Part shown: piece after piece, positions 1-27,483 of the stretch
Numbering within the stretch: the first letter of the stretch is position 1
How the letters are laid out: each line of letters opens with the position of its first letter
Made by a program: the position numbers and the translations under genes
NCBI RefSeq assembly: GCF_009914755.1
Contig: NC_060939.1
Length of the DNA: 64,000 nt
Direction: 5' to 3' (one strand)
DNA from: the human T2T-CHM13v2.0 reference genome, Homo sapiens
The notes under the pieces: model-generated
The model's database searches: none
The model's input: the letters and a program-made list of their open reading frames with translations, nothing else
Told to the model about the DNA's origin: nothing

Positions 1-434
1 CTTACCAGTGTTTCGAACTGCCTCTAAACTGCCTCTATTCTTACCCTTTCAAGATCTTTGCCTACTGACTATCCCTTCTCTTCCTTTATTCAACCATTTT
101 TTTCTCAGTTGAATCTTCCCTACCATGCTCAAGTTTCTCCTGTCTTAATTCTAACAAAAATCAAAAAAACAAAAACAAAAAATCTTGATCCTTCATCATT
201 CTCCCTCCTTCCTCCCTGTCAAGGCCAAACTTTCCAAAAGCATTCTACAACTTGTCCCCATCTCTACATCTCCCCCACCTCCAAACTACTAAGTTGTTTT
301 TTTCAACCCCAGCATTCCAACAAACAGCTTTCACTGAGATAATCAGTGACCTCTGTGTTATGAAATTAAAAAAAACATTTCTCAGGCTTCATCTTCCTTG
401 ATCCCTTAGGAATAGACTACTTACTCCTTGAAGC

Positions 435-856
<422 letters not shown>

Positions 857-1129
857 TGAAGCACTTTCTTTTCTTGATTTCCAGCAGTTTATTTTATTCT
901 TAGAGGTGCATGGAGGGGTTCCTGCAGCAAATAGTTTACAATAATCCTCCATCTGCTTAAAACTCTTCAATAGCTTTCAGTGCCCCTAGTACAAAGTGGT
1001 CTAAAATTCCAAGGCCTTCCAAGATCTAGCGATTGTTGGCCTTCTAAAGCTTTCTTTCCTCTACACTCGGGGATGTACGATTAGCACTAAGCCTCTAACA
1101 AGGATGAACTACTAGAAATTTCCAGAAGG

Positions 1130-1500
1130 CGTTATGCTGTTCTCGACATAAGCTGTTCCCCAGAGCCTGGAAAACTCTAGCTCTTTCTCTGCCGGATTTC
1201 CGGGGGAACTCCTACTTATCCTTCATGACTCAAGTCACTTCCTCCGGGAACCCTTCCAGACACCCCTAAGAATAAAACGCTTTGTTCATTATCAGCCAAA
1301 GGCGCCTCAAATTTTCTATGTGCTATGCACTGTATTCTATCCACTATAATTTGTTTACATATCTATATCTTAGTCTAGACATATTGAAAGGCGATGAAGA
1401 GCAGGGAAAGCACTGTATTCGCTTTCTTTTCTTCAGCGTTCATCCAGCACAGTGCCTGGCATACGGTTTGCCCTCAGTAAATGTTTATTGCATGAACACC
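1130..1500 (+). mobile_element. L2 3'-end remnant
   Basis: Typical L2 terminus GCACAGTGCCTGGCATAC...CTCAGTAAATGTTTATTGCATGAA. Confidence 0.6.
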
Positions 1501-1559
1501 TCCCAGCTTCGGGCAGGACTGAAATCTATCCGGTTAACTAGTGAATTCCCAGACTCTCC

Positions 1560-1960
1560 GTCTGCGTGGCAGGGACATTTAAACCCCCAGCACCGTGATT
1601 GGCTCCAGCTGCAGGGGTGTGTCTGTGTCCGCGGCGAACGGGAAGTGAGCAGGCGCGCGGGCTCGGCGCGCGCAGGCGCGACTAGGGTGCAGCGCCAGGT
1701 CCGGTGTTGGGGTGTCCGAGTTGCCGCCGGAGAGGAGTGGCCTCGCCCGCTTGGTGAGTCTCCAGGAGTGGGACGGAGGGAGCTGGCCGGGATGAAGTCT
1801 GAGACTATGTCCTGAGAAGAAAGAGTGTATCGTATTGGTTGAAAAGTTGGTGGGGTCGGGCTTAAGCGGAGGAGGGGGCTCTCTGGCCCTTACTCGGCAG
1901 ATGGGCCCGGAGAGAGGACGGGAGGTGCCGGGAGAACATCGAGGGACCAGTGGAGGAAGG
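1560..1960 (+). promoter_or_regulatory. SNAP23: SNAP23 CpG-island promoter
   Basis: GC/CpG-rich stretch with inverted CCAAT (ATTGG 1598-1602), ETS-type CGGGAAGTG (1639-1647) and NRF1-like GCGCAGGCGC (1670-1679), directly upstream of and overlapping a strong donor at 1754. Confidence 0.85.
1680..1753 (+). other. SNAP23: SNAP23 non-coding exon 1 (TSS approximate)
   Basis: Ends in TTG|GTGAGT consensus donor at 1753/1754 within the CpG island; joins to AGTTTTGATTCATCATG of exon 2. The 5' end is uncertain. Confidence 0.8.
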
Positions 1961-2433
1961 GTAGCTGGATGGTAATTCTCTGGACCCTTCCTCGAAATTA
2001 AACAGAGATCACTTTCCGCCCCTCACCCTTACTGTGTTGCTGTAGTTGACATTAATAGACTGCCTGTATGGTGACCACAGTGATCAGATAGCTCTGAGAT
2101 AATGGCTTGAGGAAGGACTCTGAGGTTCCTGGTATTGGATAGCCCTTGCTCTCTAGAAAGGTTCAGCCTTACCTCGCGGCATTACTGCACAAATTAGAGG
2201 ATCAGGAAAAGAATGAATTTCACAATTCGGGATTGGAGTGGTGGGGGGAAAAAGTACTGTAAAGTGTAGTTTCATCTCGTCCTTTTTTTCTTCTTTAATC
2301 AGTCACCACAATGTTAGGAAAGGCAGTTGATGGTAGGAGGAAACGTAAAGACATAAAAGTGGGAGAGGAAAAAAAAGTCAAGAAGGGAGTATCATTTTGC
2401 CTTTTGCTATTTGTCATCTCCTGGAATGGGGTC

Positions 2434-4730
<2,297 letters not shown>

Positions 4731-5112
4731 CTCTTTGCTTTATAAATTACTTGGTGGTCTCAGCTCAGTGATCCAGTGATCTGAGTGATCTCAGGAAAAG
4801 AAAGAAATATTAGCAAATAAGAGAAACACCTTACATTGCCATACTCCTTTGACAGGTCATGTGAAAGTAATTTAAGTGATCATATCACTTAGCCTGCAGC
4901 TTGAATATTTGTCTCAGGCTAGGTTTTACTTTAGGTGCTTGTAGTATGTGTTTATGCACTAGAAAGTTAGTGTTATCATAGTTCCAGCATAAGGATGTCT
5001 TACTGTGCCAAATAAACAGTGGAATTCCTATATGTATCTTGATATTTGTTTCTTGTACACTGAATGAACTTAGGTACAATACACACAAGCCCACTTAACT
5101 AAAGGTCACATC

Positions 5113-13154
<8,042 letters not shown>

Positions 13155-13871
13155 TCCAGAAAGACTCTTTATCAGACCATGAATTATACTTAATTTGCGA
13201 GTAGATCCCGACTTGAATAATCAATCTGCTCTTTACTGACACAGCCGCCTTGGGTAAGTTACCTAAACTGAGCCTTAGTTTCTCCATCTGTAAAATAGTA
13301 TAATGAAGATAATGATGTAGATAAATACTTAGTAGGGTATCTGGTGCCTAAGAGGTACTCAGTGAACTTTTCTTTCCCTGCCTAGGTTTAAATTAGAAAA
13401 GAAAAAGGTCAAATTAGGAGTCTTTTAGTAAGCCCAAGTGAACCATAGCATGAGAAATAGGGTGTAAAAGCACTGAGAAAAATCTTGCATTTTCCTCTGA
13501 AAGGCACACTATTAGCATAGTATAAGTTCCCAGCAGCACTGGAAAAATGACACAAGTATTTAATAGATTAGATTAAATCTGAGAAAAGTACGTTTAATGG
13601 CATCTTTGTATCAACTGATGTTTTATTTTTCATCCCACCCCACCAGTTCTCTTTTCTGTAATATTCTGGGTAACCTTTTCCTGATTCCGTAAGGAAAATG
13701 TCTGCAGAGAATAATAAATATGAGTAAGGCTATGTAGCTAATTATAGGTTACATTCTCTCTGACTCGTCTCAGCAAACTTACAAAGACCAATAAGAACTT
13801 GAGGAGTATTATTCCTTGTCTGTCTTTGTCCTTCCCCTTACAATTCTACTTTGACTCTGTTACTTTCATAT

Positions 13872-14445
13872 ACAGTTGACCCTTGAACAACATGGGCTTG
13901 AACTGCGTGGGTCCACTTATAGGTAAATTTTTTTTTCAGTAAATACAATCAGCCCTCCGTATCAGCAGGTTCCACATCTATAACCAAATGCAGATAGAAA
14001 ATATGGTATTCAGCCAGGTACGGTAGCTCATCCCTGTAATTCCAGAACTTTGGGAGGCTGAGGTGGGAGGATTGCTTGACCCCAAAAGTTTCAGAAGTTT
14101 GAGACCAGCCTGGATAACATAGTGAGACCCTGTCTCTATAAAACAGCTTAAAAATTAGCCGGGCATGATGCATGCACCTGTAGTCCCAGCTATTCAGGGG
14201 GCTAAATGGGAGGATTGCTTGAGCCTGGGAGGGCAAGGCTGTAGTGAACCTGATTGCACCACCGCTCTCCAACCTGGATGACAGAGTGAAGCCTTGCCTC
14301 AAAAAAAAAAAAAAAGAAAGAAAGAAAGAAAAGAAAATACGGTATTCATACATGCAAAACTCCCGTCTACAGAGGGCGGACTTTTATATCTGCAGGTTCC
14401 TCAGGGCCAATTGGTATCCACAGGCAGTACTGAATCCAACCCTCT
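13872..14445. mobile_element. Tigger-family (Tigger2/MER8-like) DNA transposon remnant interrupted by a sense Alu (~14013-14335)
   Basis: TA|CAGTTGACCCTTGAACAAC terminus; Alu flanked by the TSD GAAAATAYGGTATTCA. Confidence 0.65.
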
Positions 14446-15447
14446 GAGCGACAGCCACACTAAACTTGTGCTCAAAACCCTCAAGAACACAGAGTAATCT
14501 TAGGCAGCTGCATCCTGGCGTTAGCATGCCAAACTTGGGAGTAGATATCTGTTACTTGTCTTGCGTGTTGTCTGGTCAGGGAAGAAAAAAATATTAAGCA
14601 GAACTTCGAGTTCACATGGAAAGGATGTGTCCTTCAGAATGACCTCATTGCGATGTCAGGGGTGATTCCTCACGTTATCCATCTCCCAGTTATATCTGCT
14701 TTCTTTTTTCTTTTAAAGAAGGCAGCACAGAGGTCAGGAGTGCATTCACTCCTAACTCTGGAGTTTTGCTTTTTTTTTCCTAGGAAGCTAGCAAAGACTG
14801 ACTTGTAATTGGCAATAATCACCTCTAGGAATAGAATTACAAAATTACATAATTTGTGATATTTGGGCTTCCTTACCCCAGAATGTCTCCCGACCCACAG
14901 GATACTATATCTGAAAACCTCACTAAGGGTGCCTTTTCCAGGCACTAATGGATTAGTGTATATTATTTTTCATATTTTCTTCTCTGTCGGGCATTGAGGA
15001 GTTACACATGACAGGAATAGATAACTTCAGAGCATTACTGCCTGGGGAGGGCAGGCTTTGGAGAGGTATCTCGGTTGGGGCTTTAGGAAGTGATGGAAAA
15101 GCATGAGGCTACCTGGGCAGATGTGGGGTATTATAGAAAGGAAAGGTGTGCAAAAGTGTGGAGGTGAGAGGGTACAAAAAATAATCTCCATTTACTTTTT
15201 GTAGTTGCAAATAGGAAAGAGTGACAAAAGAGGAACAGTAGCATGGACATGTGTATGTATGATAAAGCTTAAGACTCAAACAATTAGCAAATTAATAAAA
15301 TACCTGGTTCCTTTTATGCTTGTATCTAATGAATGATATCTTTATATCTTGATTATATCTTAGTGTGGAAACTTTTTGCCTGAAGCACAGTCTATGGCAA
15401 GCAAGATAGAAACTTAAATTTGGAACTTAAAATGCTTTTTTTCATGA

Positions 15448-16473
<1,026 letters not shown>

Positions 16474-16786
16474 AAAAATGACTGAAAAGATTTATATGTG
16501 ATCATATCATACACTTGCAATAGCAGTTTTTGGTTTGTGGCTCTAGTGATTCTTTGCGAGCTTTGTGCTACTGTTACATGCAGCTTTGTTTCTAAGAGCC
16601 ATGTAAATACTTTGAGAGTACACCCTGTTTTTCTACTTATTTGTTCATTCAGCTATTTTTGGAGTATCTACCATCAGATCCTATTAGGTGTTAGAGATAC
16701 AAAGATAAAATCTCTGCCTTCCAAGAATTCAGTCCAGTACATTCTTGGGGAATTAAGTTTTCTGCTTATCAAAGAGTATATCCATG

Positions 16787-16990
16787 GCAAGGTTTCTCAC
16801 CTCAAATTGACATTTTGGGTCAGATTATTCTTTGCTGGAGGGCTTTCCTGAAGAGTGTTGTAGGATGTTAAGCAGTTTCCCTGCCTCTACCTACTAGATG
16901 CCATTAACCAGCCCCATCACCTGGCCCAAGTTGTGACAATCAAGCAACTCCAGACATTGCCAGATTCCTGGGGTCAAATCTGTAATAAGA
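16787..16990. mobile_element. MER20 hAT DNA transposon remnant
   Basis: GACATTTTGGG..ATTATTCTTTG..GTAGGATGTTAAGCAG..CTCTACCTACTAGATGCCA..GTTGTGACAA..TCCAGACATTGCCA. Confidence 0.7.
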
Positions 16991-17884
16991 ACCAGAGTTT
17001 ATCTGTGTCATTGACCGTGAGTTTTGATAAATGAGTTTTGAGAAAATTCATACAAAGCTAGCAAATGTAACAAAGAACCTAGATCCGTTGCACAATGCTT
17101 GTTATTACTCCACATGACTTCTCAAAGAGGAATTAGATAACAGCCGTGCTGAGTAACACCTACGAAATGTTTTATTTTTTAGCTTGGATGTCTATGAGAT
17201 CTCCTTCTGAGTTACTGTGTATAGGAGAATAATTGTTTGGTTTCTTAGGGACTCCAGTAAAACAACAAAACAATATAAGCCACTGGAGGGGAAGAGTCTA
17301 ATGCATAATAAAAACCTTAGTCTTTTCCGAGCTGTTTGTACCAGCATTTCCCTTTTCTTGTTAAGAGTGAAAGTATTTTCTCCAGTGAGTGTCCTGGACA
17401 ACTGGCATATTTAGAAATGTTTCCTGTGTTCTTCAGGCACATAACTTCAAATTTTGTTACTTTACTAAATTGGACTTTTCTTCACCTACTGCTTTTCCAT
17501 GTTCAGACAACACATGAAGAACATTGAACAACCAAAAATTCACTTTAATAGTCTTTTAATGCTTGTCTTCCAGTAATGCCTTGCTTCTCTAAGTAGAGGA
17601 TCCACTTTCCTGTTGGAAAGAGTACTTCCCTAGAAGTCCTAAAACCTGTATTTTAGGTTCACCCTTGGCACTCTTATTAAACATTCATTTAGCCTCTCTC
17701 GGTCTTGATTTCTTTACTTGTGGTAGACTAATAGATATAGAAAGAGGTTCTTTTATCCTGTTTTCCTGATAAGTTCCTAAATTCCATAAATCTACACTTT
17801 TTGCTCACACAAACTTTTATATATCCTTATTCTTATACAATATCCACATTTCCATTTCTGTGCCTAATAGAGTTTTGATTCATC

Positions 17885-17941
17885 ATGGATAATCTGTCAT
17901 CAGAAGAAATTCAACAGAGAGCTCACCAGATTACTGATGAG
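17885..17941 (+). CDS. SNAP23: SNAP23 exon 2 coding part (MDNLSSEEIQQRAHQITDE); exon starts at 17871
   Basis: Acceptor CTAATAG|, Kozak ATCATGG, donor GAG|GTAAAT; translation matches the SNAP23 N-terminus. Confidence 0.97.
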
Positions 17942-18770
17942 GTAAATGTTTTACCTAAAATAAGTAAATAATTCTATTTCAGTTTTCATATTGGAGGAGT
18001 GAGAGAGCCTTCTTAGGGACATTTTGGCCTCTTCCTAGTCCATTAATATCAAAGAACACATTTGCTCCTTAGTGCCATTGCTGGTTTTTATTTTCTTTTT
18101 AACTCACCAGAAAACTAAAGTGAAAACAATTTGTATGATTTTTATTTTTTAGGTAATTATTAATATTACTTAAGTGTAACAAAGATACTCTACTATGTAT
18201 TTGAGAAATGCTAGACTTCTATTTAACAATTTCCTAATATCTGTAATTTACTTAGATTTCTACCTACATTAAATTTTTATTCCCATGAACTTCACCATCC
18301 AAATATTCTCTTTTTTAAAAAAACTTTTTCTTTCAACATCACACTGGAAGTCCTTACACATTTTCTCTTAAGGAGCGCCTGAAAATAACTAAAAATGTAG
18401 TGATCAACTTACTTTTTTTTTTTTTTTTTTTTTGAGACGGAGTCTCACTCTATTGCCCAGGCTGGAGTATAGTGATGCGATCTCGGCTTATTGCAACCTC
18501 TGCCTCCTGTGTTCAAGCGATTCTCCTGCCTCAGCCTCCTGAGTAGCTGGGATTATAGGTGTGTGCCACCACGCCCAGCTAATTTTTGTATTTTTAGTAG
18601 AGATGGGGTTTCACCTTGTTGGGCAGGCTGGTCTCAAACTTCTGACCTCGTGATCCGCCCACCTCAGCCTCCCAAAGTGCTGGGATTATAGGCTTGAACC
18701 ACCACACCCGGCCATTGTTTTGTTTTAAAGGGAAGGATAGGCTGGCAATTCTTTTTGTTTTTTCCTTTAA

Positions 18771-18920
<150 letters not shown>

Positions 18921-18991
18921 TGAATTTGGCCTGTGATCAGATTTTTTTTTCTACATATTTTGGAATGCTAAAATTCTGTGTTCTTTCCTAG

Positions 18992-19033
18992 TCTCTGGAA
19001 AGTACGAGGAGAATCCTGGGTTTAGCCATTGAG
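18992..19033 (+). CDS. SNAP23: SNAP23 exon 3 (SLESTRRILGLAIE)
   Basis: TTCCTAG| acceptor and |GTAAGA donor, 42 nt, Qb-SNARE helix. Confidence 0.97.
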
Positions 19034-19435
19034 GTAAGAAAATGTTAGTCATCAACTTAAGTATAGAAATTTATAGGAGCGATCCTAATACTTCTGGCTG
19101 GAATTAGTATTAAAGGGTAATGTATCAATATGCTTTATTATTTGAAATTAACAGTTGCTGAAATGTCAAACCATGCACTAATGGGAATTTTCTGTTTTTC
19201 CCTTTAACAGTATTGGAATATGACAGGGAAGATGAATTCACTATGAGTTTGTGACTTAATTATTTTGGGGGCTGCTATGTTAAAGTGTGTTAGTTTAAGA
19301 ATACTAGTTCTGTCTGTAGCTCTAATCCTCTGAGAGCTTGGGTTTCTAAATTATTCTGTGTTGCTCTTGTAGGTTTTGTTTCTGTTGTTTTTGGTTTGTT
19401 TTGTTGTACTATCAGCTTTTCCCCCCTTGTCTTAG

Positions 19436-19484
19436 TCTCAGGATGCAGGAATCAAGACCATCACTATGCTGGATGAACAAAAGG
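19436..19484 (+). CDS. SNAP23: SNAP23 exon 4 (SQDAGIKTITMLDEQK)
   Basis: CTTAG| acceptor and |GTAAGT donor, 49 nt; contains the Qb zero-layer Gln48. Confidence 0.97.
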
Positions 19485-19626
19485 GTAAGTTAAATTATTA
19501 GCAGAAATTCTTAATTTGACTGTGATGCCAAAAAGCCCTATCAAATTAGCCACATACAAATTTCAGCCTTTGGGAGAGCCTTCCCTTTGTAAAATAAGAA
19601 TGTTATGTTTACTTCTTGTCTTCTGA

Positions 19627-19974
<348 letters not shown>

Positions 19975-19977
19975 TGA

Positions 19978-20190
<213 letters not shown>

Positions 20191-20696
20191 TGAGTCGGAG
20201 TCTTACTCTGTCACCCAGGCTCGAGTGCAGTGGTGCAATCGTGGCTTACTCCAGGATCCTCTACCTCCCACGTTCAAGTGATTCTCCTGGCTCAGCCTCC
20301 TGAGTTGCTGGGATTACAGGTGTCCACCACCACACCCAGCTAATTTTTTGTGTTTTTAGTAGAGATAGGGTTTCACCATGTTGGCCAGGTTGATGTCGAA
20401 CTCTTGACTTCAAGAGTCACTTGATCCGCCCACGTCGGCCTCCCGAAGTGCTGGGATTATAGGCGTGAGCCACCGTGTCTGGCCAGACATTGTGATATTC
20501 TTACATCATCCTCAGAAATCAAGTTCTAAAACAGATCTAGATTCAGGTATGCTTGGAAACACTTGAGTTGAGTTGGCCCTGAGTAATCAGGTCTAGTTTT
20601 TATTACTCTTATAATAGCCCTCAGGTTTTGAACCTATTATAGAAATGATGGGGATTTGACCTCGTCAAAGTACCCTTAACTTGGTTGTAAGGATGA

Positions 20697-20901
<205 letters not shown>

Positions 20902-21272
20902 TAATTTTTGTATTTTTAGTAGAGATGGGGTTTCACCATGTTGGCCAGGCTGGTCTTGAATTCCTGACCTCAGGTCATCGCCCACCTCGGCCTCCCAAAG
21001 TGCTGGGATCACAGGCGTGAGCCACCATACCCAGCCATATACAAGCTTTTTAGAACAAATTTTTCCACAGCAAGAGGCTAGGTGCCTCCGGATCAGTACG
21101 TGAAAGATTGTTATCATGTTGAATCGCTTCTAATACCTTTTGACACTGACATACTCACTGTGGGGAGTTATTGGTAGATTCAAGGTTGAAGTTTGCTGTT
21201 CCATAATAATAGCATTTTCTGGTTGACACTGTGAATGGAACACAAAGTGTTAACTTCACAACTTATTCTTAG

Positions 21273-21390
21273 AACAACTAAACCGCATAGAAGAAGGCTT
21301 GGACCAAATAAATAAGGACATGAGAGAGACAGAGAAGACTTTAACAGAACTCAACAAATGCTGTGGCCTTTGTGTCTGCCCATGTAATAG
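21273..21390 (+). CDS. SNAP23: SNAP23 exon 5 (EQLNRIEEG...[12 protein letters not shown]), includes the palmitoylated Cys cluster
   Basis: CTTAG| acceptor and |GTGAGT donor, 118 nt; encodes C79, C80, C83, C85, C87. Confidence 0.97.
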
Positions 21391-21804
21391 GTGAGTTGAT
21401 AAATTAAGATGGTTTCAAAATAAGTAATGAGAGTACCCCACCTTCTCCCACCAGCTAAGGTCAGAAGTATGACTGGGCTTAATGAGGAACTCTATTAGAT
21501 AAATCTAAGTTGTCTCTCCTTCAGGCAGATTAAGCTTTTTGTGTAAATACTGCGTGTTCACTGAAAACTGTGACTTACATTTGACCAATCCTGGGATCAA
21601 GTCCAATTTCAATTTGTAGTAATACATGAAAAGGTTAGGAAGTATAGGGAAATGTATATCTGGATGATGGAAAGCAGGATGGAGTTATTTTCTTTTCCTT
21701 TCAAAGGAGGAGTATTAACAAAATATATATTTTGTGGTAGGCACATGAGGGATGGCCAAAAGAGTAGAAGAGTTGGGAAAGAATGGCAAAACATAAAAAA
21801 TACA

Positions 21805-21880
21805 TAAATCTAATGTTAGATTATATGATAGTGAGCAAGGCTAAATCTAATGTTAGATTATATGATAGTGACCAAGGCTA
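21805..21880. repeat. 37-bp tandem duplication (2 copies)
   Basis: TAAATCTAATGTTAGATTATATGATAGTGA(G/C)CAAGGC at 21805 and 21842, one mismatch. Confidence 0.9.
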
Positions 21881-22929
21881 GGTATACAGAACTGATAAAG
21901 GTTGGGTTGGAGAGCATCTTATAGAAGAGGTAGGATGTGGATTGGGCTTTGAGTGATAAGAAGGATTTGGATGAACAGGGAGGAACAGTGAGGGCATTTC
22001 CTATGAAAGGTTCAAAATAAAGATTAACAAGGAGCTTGACTTAACTGAGCTGTGTGACTCATGTAGATGAGAAGTGGAAAGTAAGATATAAGTAGGTAGT
22101 AGAGGAACTTGAATGCCAAACTAAGGAGTTGACAGATTGGAGTGGAGTATAAAAAGAAACGACAGTATCTGGAGATTGAATGACTGTACTCACTGCTGAA
22201 AGTTTTGTTTTGTTTTTTTTCTGAGACAGGGTCTCTGTTACTGAGGCTGGAATGCAGTGGCGTGATCACAGCTCACTGCAGCCTCTCTTTCCTGGGCACA
22301 AGAGATCCTCCCACCTTGGCCTCCCAAAGTGCTAGGATTACAGGCATGAGCCACTGCACACAGCCAAAGTATCCTTTTTTTTTTGAGACGGAGTCTCACT
22401 CTGTTACCAGGCTGGAATGCAGTGGCGCAGTCTCAGCTCACTGCAACCTCCGTCTCCTGGGTTCAAGTGATTTCTCCTGCCTCAGCCTCCCGAGTAGCTG
22501 GGACTACAGGCGCATGCCACCACACCCAGCTAATTTTTGTATTTTTAGTAGAGACAGGGTTTCACTATGTTGGCCAGGATGGTCTTGATCTCTTGACCTC
22601 ATGATCCGCCCGCCTTAACCTCCTCAAGTGCTGGGATTACAGGTGTGAGCCACCACACCCGGCCTCAATGTATTCATTTTTAAAGAGGTTCTTAGACATT
22701 AATATTTCATCCAGTTCTCAGCTGGTCTTGTAAACCAACAGCGGTTATATTTTTATATTTTCAGTAAGTGTTTTTATGAAACAACATTTTTATGCCATTT
22801 CTGTTATAGAAAGTAGAGATTAATTGCTTGTCAGTCAACTTTAGTGTTTGTTTTGGCCATGAGGAAAGGTTTGACAGTGTTCTTCCTAGTCTTATCCATT
22901 GGCTTCCTATTCTAACACAAGTCTGTTGA

Positions 22930-23310
<381 letters not shown>

Positions 23311-25025
23311 TAAGCAAACAAGTTAAAATGTACAGATTATTTGATACAAACTCTTAGCTATGTTTTACAAACATAATTGTACCTTTCTCTTGTGTTCCAT
23401 GTACCTTCTTGGAAGAGTACAGAAGAGAGGAAGTAGATGAATTTTCTTGAGATCAGATGTTAGGAGAACAAGGAGAAAGAAGTCTCCCCTAAAATCTTAG
23501 AGGAAGATCAGCTCTAAGTCACGTGTTGATAAATAGGAAGAGCACTGAATTAGACCTAAGATGGTCTAATATCATAGAAAGTGGGAAATGCAGCTACAGA
23601 GTATTAATTTTATGTCTCTTTGTGTATCCCAGCCAAGCATAGGCAAGCTTTTCTTGAAGACTGGTGGGAAACAAGGTAGGGTATGGTCCTGAATCAGCAT
23701 TCTTCAGCCTCTAACCTCAGTAGAACCCTTTCTCAGTGGATCAAGAGAAGGCATTACTTTTTTAGAGATGGCCTCTCCCTCTGTCTCCCGGGCTTGAATG
23801 CAGTGGTGCCACCATAGCTCACTGTAGCCTCAAACATCTGGGCTCAAGCAATCCACCCACATCAGCCTCCCAAGTAGCTAGGATTACAGGTGTGTGCCAC
23901 CATGCCCAGCTAATTTTTGAAATTTTTTGTAGAGACAGGGGTCTTGCTATGTTGCCCAGGCTTGTATCAAACTCCTGGCCTCAAGAAATCCTCCCACTTC
24001 AGCCTCCCAAAGCACTGGGATTACAGGCTTAAGCCACTGCACCCAACTGGCACTTCTTTCTTTTTTTTTTTCTGGCACTTCTTGAGAGATGGAATCAAGG
24101 GGCTGCTGTAACAAAACAGTTCCCTTAAGAGAAGAAAGTATTATCTCAGTTAAAGATGTCTGATTGTAATTGTCTTTCTTCCACCTATTTCTTTCTTACA
24201 CCATTGAGACCTTGGCCAGTATGATATCTCTTATCCTCAGCTCTGTTCCTATCATTCTTGCCTGTGTCTTGATCTTTCTAATCTGCTAGTCTGTGTTTCA
24301 GTTAGGCTCGTCACATGAATAACCATAACATGAGCTTCTTAAAGGTAGACATGAGATCTTAGTCCTATGTGTAAGGCCTAGTCTTCATACCAGCAGTAGC
24401 AGTAACAACCCAGGTCAGGTCCAGAGTTCCTTATTTGCCATTTGGAAATACTTTTTCTTTTCTTTCTCTTTTTTTTTTTTTTTTTTCTCGAGACAGGGTC
24501 TCGCTCTGTTACCCAGGCTGGAGTGCAGTGGCAGTCATGGCTCACTGCAGCCTCAACCTATCCTCCAGCGTCAGCCTCCTGAGTAGCTGGGATTACAGGC
24601 ACATGCCACCACACCCAGCTAATTTTGTATCTTTTGTAGAGACAAGGTTTCACCATGTTGGCCAGGCTGGTCTTGAACCCTTGGGCTCAGGCAGTCTACC
24701 CACCTTGGCCTCCAGAAGTGCTGGGATTGCAGGCATGAGCCATTAAGCCCTGCTGGCCATTCAGAAATCTAAAAAACTCCTAAAGTTTTGTTTTATTTTT
24801 GCTGTAATGGTGCCACAACTCATTAGGGTATAAAATGTAACCTGAACTGAAGCTATGTTTAGTCTTTATTACTTGCTGTAGATATTAATTGGTTTCACTA
24901 CAGAAATACTCTTTTTGAGTCAGGGTCTCACTCTGTCACCCAGGTTGGAGTACAGTGGTATGATCTTGGCTCACTGCAGCCTCGACCTCCTAGGTTCAAG
25001 TGATCCCCCCACCTCAGCCTCATGA

Positions 25026-25573
<548 letters not shown>

Positions 25574-25710
25574 TAATGTATTTTTAGTAGAGACGGGGTT
25601 TTGCCATGTTGGCCAGGATGGTCTTGAACTCCTGACCTCAAGTGATCCACCCACCTCGGCCTCCCAACGTGCTGGGGTTACAGGCATGAGCCACCGTACC
25701 TGGACTTTAA

Positions 25711-25977
<267 letters not shown>

Positions 25978-25991
25978 TAGCCTTAATATGA

Positions 25992-26321
<330 letters not shown>

Positions 26322-26506
26322 TGATCCATCCACCTCGGCCTCCCAAAGTGCTGGGATTACAGGCGTGAGCCACCGCGCACAGCCCACAAATCCTTTTTTA
26401 AAATCACATATCTTAGGCAGTAATTGATAAATTGTAATTCTAATTAACAAGAATTTGAAAGCAGACAGATTTAAAATGGGAAGTCTCAGAATAGTAAACT
26501 GCTTGA

Positions 26507-26735
<229 letters not shown>

Positions 26736-27483
26736 TAGCCAGGATGGTCTCGATCTCCTGACCTCGTGATCCGCCCGCCTTGGCCTCCCAAAGTGTTGGG
26801 ATTACAGGCGTGAGCCACCACACCCGGCCTTAAACATTCTTAGATAAGGTATTCTTCTGTCTTAACTTGCCTGTTTTATAAAGTCTAACAATGGCACATA
26901 GTTTGAAGACAAATTGGCATTTCTGGACCACTTACTAGAGAAGTTCCAAATTGGCACTACAGGTTTACTGCTATTCCGATCTTAAGTCATACCAAGGTGT
27001 AAAAATTCAGCTCCGACTAATTAAAATGAATATTGAATTATATTTCATTCAGTGGTTTAGTGCTTCTTCCATCCTGCTCACTGGAGACACAAATATGAGT
27101 AAGGCATACCTCTGGCCCTGCCTGTTTTATTTATCATGACATGATTTTTTATACCTCACATAGTATTGGATATACAGTAGTTACTCAATAAACACTTGTT
27201 GATTTGAGTGTCCTTGAGAAACTTGTTGGCTGGTGGGAGAGTTTGACGTGTAAAAAGATTTTTTAAAATTACAATGAAAAAATATATAAGAAAATAAAAT
27301 ACATAATAGAAGTCATTAAGAGAAATCTTAATCACTAAGAGGAAGGAGTCTCAAAGCACTCCATTGGTTTTTGCCTTCTCTCATATTGTCTAATTTTAGG
27401 AAAGAATATCATCACCCAAAATTCTGAGGAAAAATGAAATGTGCTCTGGTTTAAATAGTTTTCTTATTTTTCTTTTTATCTAG

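Noticed and set aside
1282-1815. 177-aa ORF across the SNAP23 promoter
   Set aside because: Non-ATG start, spans an L2 remnant and a GC-rich island, and has no recognisable domain.
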